Assembly: GCA_004296785.1 (NCBI GenBank)
Contig: SCVU01000203.1
Span: 1-33,728 of the forward strand
Source of the DNA: Planctomycetota bacterium
Lineage (GTDB): Bacteria; Planctomycetota; UBA1135; GCA-002686595
Direction: 5' to 3'
Length of the DNA stretch: 33,728 bases
Shown here piece by piece: positions 4,976 to 11,707 of the stretch. The position numbers and the translations under genes were made by a program. Every line of letters begins with the position of its first letter. Position 1 is the first letter of the stretch. The notes beneath the pieces are model-generated. The model searched no databases. It saw nothing but the letters and a program-made list of their open reading frames with translations, and was not told the DNA's origin.

Positions 4976-7146
4976 CGCGCGCGCGCGGCGCCGAGCGCGA
5001 GCGCCGCGAGCAGCCACCACGTGCCCGCCAGGATCTCGCGCGCACCCGGGGGCCCGCGCCGCGCCGCGCTCGCGAGCGCCGCGCAACCGCCGCCGCCGCC
5101 GTCTCCGCCGTCGACGTCGAAGCCGGCCGTGACGAGCACCGCCTGGCCCTCGGCGTCGCACACCATCACGCTGTGCGCGCCGCCGGACAGCGCGGGCACG
5201 ACGACCGTGATCGTCTCGTCGTCCCACACCGTGAGGTCGGTCGCGGCGACGCCGCCGAGCCCGGTCTCGGGATCCGCGCCGAACACGACCGCCATGTCGG
5301 GCGTGAAGTGCAGGCCGCTGACGGTGACGACGTCGCCGGCCGCGCCGAAGGACGGCTCGATCGACGCGAGCTGTGGGTCGGGCTCGTTCGCGTACGCGAA
5401 CAGCCCGCTCGCGACCGCGCCGCCGGCGATCTCGAGCTCGAGCAGGTACGGCCCGCCCGCCGCGCCCGGCGGCGTCTGGATCCGCACGCGCTCGTCGTCG
5501 AGCACCTCGACCGCGGCGACCGGCTGGCCGTCGATGCGGACCTGCACGCCGTCGGCGTAGTGCTCGCCGCGCAGCAACAGCTCCGTGCCGCCCGTCGCGG
5601 TGCCGGCGGTCGGGAAGATCGTCTCGATCGATGGCAGCAGCGCAGCCTGCACCGCACCGGGCAGGCGGCCCTCGACGCCGCTCGCGTCGACGACGACGAG
5701 ATCGTGCACGCCGTCGGCGGTCGCGGCCGTCGTCACGCGCAGCGTCTGAGCGTCGACGAGCTCGAGGCCGCTGCCCTGCGCGTAGATCCGATCGCCGAGC
5801 GCGACGTGCAGTCCGCTGCGGAACGCGCTGCCCTCGACCAGCACGACGGTGCCGCCGTCGGAGTCGATCGCGCTCGGCGAGACCGCGTCGACCTGCGGCT
5901 CGGGCGGCACGACCTCGAGCGCGCCCGGCAGCCGCGCGAGCTCGCCGGCGCCGCTCGTCGCGACGAGGTCGTAGTTGCCCGTCGCATGTCCGACCGGCAC
6001 GTCGACGAACAGCTGCACCAGCCCGCCCCACAGCGCGACCGCCGTCACGTCGATCGCGGGGTCGCTGCACGCGAGCGCGACGCCGGGCAAGAGCCCCGCG
6101 CCGTGCAGCGAGAACGGCGTGGTCTCGCCGCTCGTCGCGCGCAGCGGGAACGCGTCGGACGAGCTGCCGAGCGCGAGGCCGTGCAGCGGCGGCACCGCGA
6201 TCTCCCCCACCTGCGTCGCCGCCCCCGCGGCGACGACGACCGGCGTGCCGAGCGCGCTCGCCTCGAACGACGTCGCGATCGACCAGCCCGTCGTCAAGTT
6301 GTACGAGCTCACCGGGCCGTCGAGCGGTCGCGCGTAGACGCGGTACGTGCCCGGCGCGAGGCCCTCGAGCTCGAACGCGCCGAGACCGTCGCTGAGCACG
6401 CTCGCGGCCTGCCGCCCGCTCGCGTCGAGCGCGACGACGAGCGCGCCGGGAACTTCGTCGCCGTTGCTCGCGCGCGCGACGTTGCCGACGAGCGCGCCGC
6501 TCTCACCCGGCTCCGGGTACGCACAGCGCAGTCCGACCGCATCGTCCGCCGAGACCGAGCGGTGCAGCACCACGCTGGGATCGACGTACGGATAGAGCGT
6601 CGCGCCGGCCGAGCCCGAGTGATCGAGGCCGAGCAGGTGGCCGAGCTCGTGCGCGCCGACGTCCGCGACGTCGAAGCGACCGAGCTCGCCGCTGGTCGTG
6701 AAGTGATAGCTCGCGCCGTTGAACAGCACGTCGGCGTCGGTGATCTTGCCCTGGCTCGTGAACCAGATCGGCGTGATCGCGACGACGCCCGAGCCGAACG
6801 GGAAGTAGCCCGACGCGTTCGTCTCGTCGAAGACGATCGAGTGCAGGTCGTCGGACGCCCAGTCGGTGCGCGCCTGCTGCACGCTCGACTGATTCTCGAC
6901 CAGCCGCGCGGTCGTGCCGTCGACCTCGTTCCACGCGCGGATCGCCGCGCGCAGCGCCGCGAATTCCTCGGCGCCGTCGAGGTCGTCCGAGCCCGCGGCC
7001 TGCAGCACGACCGAGATCGAGCCGGGGTTCGCCCAGTACAGCGGCTTCTTGTTGGCCGGATTGTGCAGCCGCACGTGCGACCAGCCGAGCGCGGCGGAAG
7101 CCGCGATCGCCGCCGCGGCCGCGGCGAGCGCGCGAACCGTGCGCAT
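4906..7146 (-). CDS. Secreted matrixin-like metzincin 2: catalytic domain + CarboxypepD_reg-like domain + multiple IPT/TIG domains + Gly-Cys/TM/basic C-terminal anchor
   Basis: 746 aa starting at MRTVRALAAAAAAIAASAALG (signal peptide). The listed ORF 4906..7902 is an upstream in-frame extension running over the neighbouring gene. HELGHLLGLDHS lies at nt 6616-6651. The Met-turn position reads ATLYP (Leu instead of Met). ..VPGALVVALDASG..FELEGLAPGTYRVYARP.. resembles the carboxypeptidase regulatory-like fold. At least 3 clear IPT/TIG repeats are present. The C-terminus is GGGGGC..ILAGTWWLLAALALGAARARHAR. The start codon overlaps the stop of the upstream gene (TGATG). Confidence 0.85.
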   Translation of the reverse strand: MRTVRALAAAAAAIAASAALGWSHVRLHNPANKKPLYWANPGSISVVLQAAGSDDLDGAEEFAALRAAIRAWNEVDGTTARLVENQSSVQQARTDWASDDLHSIVFDETNASGYFPFGSGVVAITPIWFTSQGKITDADVLFNGASYHFTTSGELGRFDVADVGAHELGHLLGLDHSGSAGATLYPYVDPSVVLHRSVSADDAVGLRCAYPEPGESGALVGNVARASNGDEVPGALVVALDASGRQAASVLSDGLGAFELEGLAPGTYRVYARPLDGPVSSYNLTTGWSIATSFEASALGTPVVVAAGAATQVGEIAVPPLHGLALGSSSDAFPLRATSGETTPFSLHGAGLLPGVALACSDPAIDVTAVALWGGLVQLFVDVPVGHATGNYDLVATSGAGELARLPGALEVVPPEPQVDAVSPSAIDSDGGTVVLVEGSAFRSGLHVALGDRIYAQGSGLELVDAQTLRVTTAATADGVHDLVVVDASGVEGRLPGAVQAALLPSIETIFPTAGTATGGTELLLRGEHYADGVQVRIDGQPVAAVEVLDDERVRIQTPPGAAGGPYLLELEIAGGAVASGLFAYANEPDPQLASIEPSFGAAGDVVTVSGLHFTPDMAVVFGADPETGLGGVAATDLTVWDDETITVVVPALSGGAHSVMVCDAEGQAVLVTAGFDVDGGDGGGGGCAALASAARRGPPGAREILAGTWWLLAALALGAARARHARSSPSPVSASSAISVGRPSA

Positions 7147-7772
7147 CAGCGAACCTCCGCGCCCTTGCTCGACGCGCCCTTCGCGGCGGCCTTCGCCGCG
7201 CGGGCCTTCACCCCGCGCTCGATCTCGCGCGCCAGCCGCTCGTACGAGAGCGGCGCGCCGCGCGCGCCCTCGCTCGCGACGCCGGTGCGCGGATCGACGA
7301 GCGCGAGGCTCGACGTGTCCGTGTACGCGAACGCGTGGCCCTGCGCGTCGACGTGCACGCGCGCGCAGCCCTGCGCGAGCCCGACCGGCAGCCGCAGTCC
7401 GTCCGCGCCCGCCGCCGACAGGAACAGCACGCAGCGCTCGCCCGGGCCGGGGATCGGCACGCCGGCGAGCAGCAGACCGCTGCCGTCGTCGAGCACGCCG
7501 CCCGGCAGGCGCACGACGCGCTCCTGCAGCGGCTCGCCAAGCCACGTGCGGCCGACGTCGAGCGTGAGCTCGGTCAGGATCCGGCGCCCCGGCTGCTCGA
7601 TCGCGCGCGCCGAACGCACGCGCGCATCGACGATCAGCTCGGCGCCGTCGACGAGCGCGGCGGTGTCCATCCGCACCACGGTGCTCGCGCGCACCGACGG
7701 CGCGCCGTCGTGGAACAAGGGCAGGGCGACGAGCCCGACGAGGAGGCCGGCGGCCAGCAGGAGCGGACGCAT
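7146..7772 (-). CDS. Secreted hypothetical protein (208 aa), translationally coupled to matrixin 2
   Basis: Signal peptide MRPLLLAAGLLVGLVALPLF. GC3-rich frame. Lys/Ala-rich tail KARAAKAAAKGASSKGAEVR. Its TGA (7148-7146) shares one nt with the matrixin-2 ATG (7146-7144). I recognise no family. Confidence 0.7.
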   Translation of the reverse strand: MRPLLLAAGLLVGLVALPLFHDGAPSVRASTVVRMDTAALVDGAELIVDARVRSARAIEQPGRRILTELTLDVGRTWLGEPLQERVVRLPGGVLDDGSGLLLAGVPIPGPGERCVLFLSAAGADGLRLPVGLAQGCARVHVDAQGHAFAYTDTSSLALVDPRTGVASEGARGAPLSYERLAREIERGVKARAAKAAAKGASSKGAEVR

Positions 7773-7837
7773 GGTGGGGAAGAGGCCATGCGCGGCGTAG
7801 GGACAGCCGCTGTGGGGAAAGCGGTCCCGCGCTGGGT

Positions 7838-7843
7838 TCTCTA
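7838..7843 (-). promoter_or_regulatory. Candidate -10 element TAGAGA upstream of the 208-aa gene / matrixin-2 pair
   Basis: The minus strand reads gggcgacTAGAGAaccc, 65 nt upstream of the ATG at 7772. It is a member of the recurrent GC-run + TAGAnn motif. Confidence 0.3.
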
Positions 7844-7924
7844 GTCGCCCAGTTCGTCCGCCGTTTCAGCGCATCTTGAGCGCGAGCCCCGCCGCGGCGC
7901 ACGGCGCGCGCGCGCCGCGCCGAG

Positions 7925-7950
7925 CGTGCGGAAAAAACCGCGCGGCGCGC
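7925..7950 (-). terminator. Weak terminator candidate directly after the propeller-1 stop
   Basis: After the TGA the minus strand reads gcgcgccgcgcggTTTTTTccgcacgc. This is a short GC dyad followed by T6 (A6 at 7932-7937 on the plus strand). Stem quality is poor and alternative pairings exist. Confidence 0.3.
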
Positions 7951-9654
7951 TCAGGGCGCCAGCACGTGGATCACGCCGAGCTTCGAGAACAGGAAGCTGC
8001 TCGTCGGCACGTCGAACACGATCCACTGCAGCGGCATGTCGACCCCGTACAGCGTCGGGTCGTTCGCGAGCACCGCGGACTTCTTCGCGACGCCGCCGGT
8101 CGGGCCGACGCCCGTCGTGACCGCCGCCATTTGCACGAGCGCGTTCTGGTACAGGAAGCAGCCCGGCATGCCGACCGCGCCGAGATCGAACGGCAGCGGG
8201 AACCCGAACCAGCTCGTCGTGCTGCTGCCCATCGACAGGAACGCCGGCATCCCGCCGGGCACGCTCTCGACGCGCACCTCGATGCCGCCCGGGTGCGCGA
8301 CGTGCGTGTCGCCGACGAAGCCGAGGATCGGCTTCGCCGCGGTCGGCGCGCACGCGACGCCGCTGTCCTGGAAGTAATTCTGCAGCCAGCCGTTCGGCGC
8401 CGCGGCGATGTCCCACACCCACGGGTTGCCGATGAAGAACGGGCTCGGGCCCGCGAACGTCGCGTAGTCGAACGCCTTGAACGTCTGCTCGCCCGCGTCC
8501 GACGCATCGCCGTCGGAGTTCGTGTCGCGCAGCCGGTGCACGACCGCGTCGCCCTGGTCGATCGCGCCGACGTAGATGCCCTCGGGCGACGCGTCGAGGC
8601 CGGTGATCTGGTCGATCTGGAACGGCGCGCCGCTGGTCGTGCTGCCGTCGTAGTACAGGCGCACCTCGCCCGCGTCCTGCAGGTCTTCGTCGGAGTTCAG
8701 ATCGACGCCGCGATAGACGAGGCCGTTGACCGCCTGGCCGAGCGTGTTCAGCGCGTTGAAGCCGGCCGGCTGATTCGTCGCGAAGTACCACGCGGTGACG
8801 CCGCCCTCGTCGCGCGAGCACAGGTAGCACAGCTTGCCGTACACGAAGCCCTTGCCGCCCGGCGCGGGCAGCACGAGGCTGCGCAGCTGCCCGTTCGCCC
8901 AGTCGGCGTTCTGCGGCAGCGCGGGGCTCTTGCCGGCCGCGTTGAGGTACAGGCGCGACTCGCCCGGATCGGCGAGGTCGGCGTCGGAGTTGCGCCGCTC
9001 GAAGCGCATCAGCGCTTCGTCGTCGCCCTGCACGTACGCGATGACGACGTTGTTCGAACTCGCCAGGCGCAGCAGCGCCGCGCCGTCGAGCGGGACGGGG
9101 CCGAGATCGGTGCCGACGAAGTTCGCGCTCGCTCCGTCGATCATCTTCTCGCTCTCGCCGGCGTCGTTCGCGTCGCCGTCGCCGTTCAGGTCGATGCAGC
9201 GGAACAGTCCGAGCGCCTGGCCGGCGTCGGAGCACCACCACACCGCGGAGTCGGCCGTCGGCGCGAGCCCGTCGGGGCTCGTCTCGCCGTCGAACGTGCT
9301 GATCAAGCGGAAGCGCGACTCCTCGCCGAGGTCGATGCGGCCGTTGCCGCTGTCGTCGGTCGCGCGGAACAGGAGATCGCGCTGCGTGTCGATCCAGTAG
9401 AGCACCGGCTTGGGGCCCTCCATCCGCGCGAACACGCTGCGCGGGCTCGAGAAGTTCGCGCCGAGCATGTCGTCGTAGAACAGCGCGCGCACCTCGCCGC
9501 TCGACAGGTACTTCCCGTCGCCGTCGAGGTCGGTCAGGCGGACCAGCTGGTCCTGCGTCGTCTCCACGAGATAGACGTCGGATGCGGTCTGCCCGGAAGC
9601 GGGAAACGCCGCGCAGACTGCGAGCGCGGCGGCGAGGAGAGCGGGGCGAGACAT
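7951..9654 (-). CDS. Secreted six-repeat Ca-loop (DxDxDG..GE) propeller-like protein 1 with shared C-terminal module
   Basis: 567 aa from MSRPALLAAALAVCAAFPASGQ (signal peptide); an alternative ATG lies at 9693. Six spaced loops are present: DLDGDGKYLSSGE, DDSGNGRIDLGEE, DLNGDGDANDAGE, NSDADLADPGE, DLNSDEDLQDAGE, DTNSDGDASDAGE. The C-terminal 133 aa (nt 7954-8352) starts at a Cys and matches the module in its paralogue. Confidence 0.8.
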   Translation of the reverse strand: MSRPALLAAALAVCAAFPASGQTASDVYLVETTQDQLVRLTDLDGDGKYLSSGEVRALFYDDMLGANFSSPRSVFARMEGPKPVLYWIDTQRDLLFRATDDSGNGRIDLGEESRFRLISTFDGETSPDGLAPTADSAVWWCSDAGQALGLFRCIDLNGDGDANDAGESEKMIDGASANFVGTDLGPVPLDGAALLRLASSNNVVIAYVQGDDEALMRFERRNSDADLADPGESRLYLNAAGKSPALPQNADWANGQLRSLVLPAPGGKGFVYGKLCYLCSRDEGGVTAWYFATNQPAGFNALNTLGQAVNGLVYRGVDLNSDEDLQDAGEVRLYYDGSTTSGAPFQIDQITGLDASPEGIYVGAIDQGDAVVHRLRDTNSDGDASDAGEQTFKAFDYATFAGPSPFFIGNPWVWDIAAAPNGWLQNYFQDSGVACAPTAAKPILGFVGDTHVAHPGGIEVRVESVPGGMPAFLSMGSSTTSWFGFPLPFDLGAVGMPGCFLYQNALVQMAAVTTGVGPTGGVAKKSAVLANDPTLYGVDMPLQWIVFDVPTSSFLFSKLGVIHVLAP

Positions 9655-9716
9655 GGCGGCGAGTTCCGAGAGCGCGGTGCCGAACGCCTGCATCCTACCA
9701 GGGCCGCGAATGCGGA

Positions 9717-9722
9717 GTTCTA
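9717..9722 (-). promoter_or_regulatory. Candidate -10 element TAGAAC upstream of propeller-1
   Basis: The minus strand reads gcccggcTAGAACtcc, 62 nt upstream of ATG 9654 and 23 nt upstream of the alternative ATG 9693. Confidence 0.3.
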
Positions 9723-9755
9723 GCCGGGCCCGGGCATTTCAGGGCCTGCGAGCGG

Positions 9756-9800
9756 TGCGAAAACGCACGCGGGCCGCGCCACTGCCGTGGGCGGCCCGCG
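9756..9800 (-). terminator. Intrinsic-terminator-like hairpin after propeller-2
   Basis: On the minus strand, cgcgggccgc / gcggcccgcg form a 10-bp stem (plus-strand 9768-9777 and 9791-9800) with a 13-nt loop, followed by tgcgTTTTcgca. It lies 34 nt downstream of the TAG at 9834-9836. Confidence 0.45.
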
Positions 9801-9833
9801 TCGGAGTCGCGCGCTCGCGCGCGCGGCCGGCCG

Positions 9834-11555
9834 CTACTGGTACAGCGTCGCGACGCCCAGCGCGGACAGCCCGAGCTGCGCGAAGATCGGCTCGATCACG
9901 ACCCACTGGAACGGGACCGGCACGCCGTTCAGGCCCGGATCGGCCGGAATCGTCAGCGTCTTCGACAGCGTGCCCGAGGCGTTCATGAAGCCCTTCAGCG
10001 AGAACGCGAGGTCCTGGTACAGCGTGCAGCCCGACAGTCCGAGCACCGTGAGGTCGAGCGGCAGCGGAACGCCGGCCCACGTCGTCGTCGACGCGCCGAG
10101 GTACAGGATCGCCGGCAGACCGGGCAGCCCGTTCTCGACGCGCACCGCGAAGCCGGTCGTGCCGAGCTTCGGCGTGCCGCTCGCGCGGATCTGCGGCAGC
10201 GGGCCGAAGTACGAGCACGGCGTGCCGCTGATCGACCAGCCGAACTGGAACGCGCCCGCCGGAGCGACCGCGATGTCGTTGACGAACGGCGCGGCCGGAA
10301 TCGGCGCCGCGCCCTGGTAGTTGACCGAGTCCCACGCCGCCTGCACCTGCTCGCCGCCGTCGTTCGCATCGCCGTCGGCGTTGAGGTCCTGCAGGAAGTG
10401 CACGCGGTTCGCGCCGTTGTAGTCGCAGACGTACATGCCGTCCGCGCTGCCGTCGAGGCCGACGACCTTGCCGATCTCGAAGGCCGAGTACGACGTCGTG
10501 CTGCCGTCGTAGTAGAGGATCACTTCGCCGGCGTCGTTGATGTCGTTGTCGAGGTTCTGGTCGAGGCCGCGGAAGATCAGGCCGTTGATGCCCTGGCCGA
10601 GGAAGTTCTGCTTGAACTGGCTCGTGTTCGACGAATCGCAGGCGAGGTAGTAGACGCGCGTCGCGCCCTCGGTGCGCGTCGCGACGTGCGACAGACGGCC
10701 GTAGGTGTTGTTCGCCACCGACACGAGCAGGCTGCGCAGCGCGCCGCTCGCCCAGTCGGGATTCTGCGGCAGCAGCGCGTTCTTCGCGGTCGCGTTGAGG
10801 AACAGGCGCGCCTCGCCCGCGTCGAGCAGGTCGCCGTCGTTGTTGATGTCCTCGAAGCGGAACGCGGCCTCGTCGAGCCCGTCCTCGTACGCGATCACGC
10901 CGTTGCCGTCCTCGGCGAGGCGGCGCAGCGTCGCGCCGTCCATCGACTTCGGACCGGCGTCGGTCTCGACGGTGAAGCTGCCGGCCATGCCGTTGATCAG
11001 CTGCGCGGTCTCGCCCGCGTCCATCGCGTCGCCGTCGGCGTTCAGATCGCGGCAGCGGAACAGGCCCTTGTCGGTCTCGGTGATGTTCGCGACCGTGCCG
11101 CCCGACCACCACACCGCGCCGTCCGCGGCGACCGCGAGGCCGTCGCCGCCGAGCTTTCCTTCGAGCGTGCCGAAGTCGTAGAAGAGCGTGACCTCGCCGC
11201 CGGTGAACGAGCCGTCGCTGTTCGAGTCAGCGCCGCGCCAGATCGCACCGAGGCCGTTGCTCGGCGTGCCGGTCGTGACCTTCTGGTCGTACCAGTACGC
11301 GACGGGAACGCCCGCCTCGGTCGTGTACTCGGCGGTCGTGATCCAGTTGCCGAGGTTCTGGTAGACGGTGCCGAGCTCGTACTGCGAGGCCCAGAAGCCG
11401 TCGGAGTCGATGTCGCGCGCGACGAGGATCTGGTCCTGGTTCTGCGCGTCGTCGACGATCAGGAGATCGCGCTGCGGCACGACTTGCGCGAGCGCGGGGA
11501 GGCAGAGGAGGCACGGCGCCGCGACGAGGCGCAGCGAGAGTCGGGTGCGGATCAT
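9834..11555 (-). CDS. Secreted six-repeat Ca-loop propeller-like protein 2 (paralogue of 7951..9654) with shared C-terminal module
   Basis: 573 aa from MIRTRLSLRLVAAPCLLCLPALAQ. The listed ORF 9834..12734 is an in-frame upstream extension. The six loops are DIDSDG, DSNSDGSFTGGE, DLNADGDAMDAGE, DINNDGDLLDAGE, DQNLDNDINDAGE, DLNADGDANDGGE. It is collinear with propeller-1 throughout. The C-terminal 127 aa is nt 9837-10217. Confidence 0.85.
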   Translation of the reverse strand: MIRTRLSLRLVAAPCLLCLPALAQVVPQRDLLIVDDAQNQDQILVARDIDSDGFWASQYELGTVYQNLGNWITTAEYTTEAGVPVAYWYDQKVTTGTPSNGLGAIWRGADSNSDGSFTGGEVTLFYDFGTLEGKLGGDGLAVAADGAVWWSGGTVANITETDKGLFRCRDLNADGDAMDAGETAQLINGMAGSFTVETDAGPKSMDGATLRRLAEDGNGVIAYEDGLDEAAFRFEDINNDGDLLDAGEARLFLNATAKNALLPQNPDWASGALRSLLVSVANNTYGRLSHVATRTEGATRVYYLACDSSNTSQFKQNFLGQGINGLIFRGLDQNLDNDINDAGEVILYYDGSTTSYSAFEIGKVVGLDGSADGMYVCDYNGANRVHFLQDLNADGDANDGGEQVQAAWDSVNYQGAAPIPAAPFVNDIAVAPAGAFQFGWSISGTPCSYFGPLPQIRASGTPKLGTTGFAVRVENGLPGLPAILYLGASTTTWAGVPLPLDLTVLGLSGCTLYQDLAFSLKGFMNASGTLSKTLTIPADPGLNGVPVPFQWVVIEPIFAQLGLSALGVATLYQ

Positions 11556-11631
11556 GGCAGGGGCGAAGGGAACGGAAACTGGGGTTCGAGCCGCGGAAAG
11601 CGGCCCTTTTCGGGAGTTCGAGAGGCGCCGG

Positions 11632-11637
11632 ATTCTA
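11632..11637 (-). promoter_or_regulatory. Candidate -10 element TAGAAT upstream of propeller-2
   Basis: The minus strand reads gagggcggTAGAATccgg, 76 nt upstream of the ATG at 11555. Confidence 0.3.
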
Positions 11638-11707
11638 CCGCCCTCCCCCGCCGCGCACCCGCGGCGCGCGGCGAAGATCCGGCAAGGAACGCCCAAAGGC
11701 CGCAGGC

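Noticed and set aside
4906-5112. Calling the matrixin-2 tail a bona fide PEP-CTERM or MYXO-CTERM signal
   Set aside because: There is no PEP motif. The Cys-to-helix spacer is longer than in the MYXO-CTERM I recall, and 19 extra residues follow the basic cluster. I kept it only as a resemblance to be tested.
2834-7800. Very long ORFs 2834..6070 (-, 1078 aa) and 3916..7800 (+, 1294 aa), and similar ones (9582..12500 +, 11711..15226 +, 14443..17349 +, 18722..20932 -, 20951..23422 -, 26278..28095 +, 28092..29687 +, 7841..9241 -, 7876..9723 +)
   Set aside because: Their translations are extreme Arg/Ala/Gly/Asp/Pro low-complexity strings with no motifs. They lie antisense or out of frame to ORFs that carry clear catalytic motifs. 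This is the typical stop-codon-poor shadow-ORF effect of ~70% GC DNA.
7147-7902. N-terminal 250-aa extension of matrixin-2 (listed ORF 4906..7902)
   Set aside because: The extension is Arg/Ala junk overlapping the well-formed 208-aa signal-peptide gene in another frame. A clean signal peptide starts at the ATG at 7146.
11591-11612. Plus-strand terminator-like hairpin gccgc-ggaaa-gcggc followed by ccTTTT
   Set aside because: No plus-strand gene ends here. It lies in the 5' leader of the minus-strand propeller-2 gene, so it is more likely a leader structure or chance. The stem is only 5 bp.
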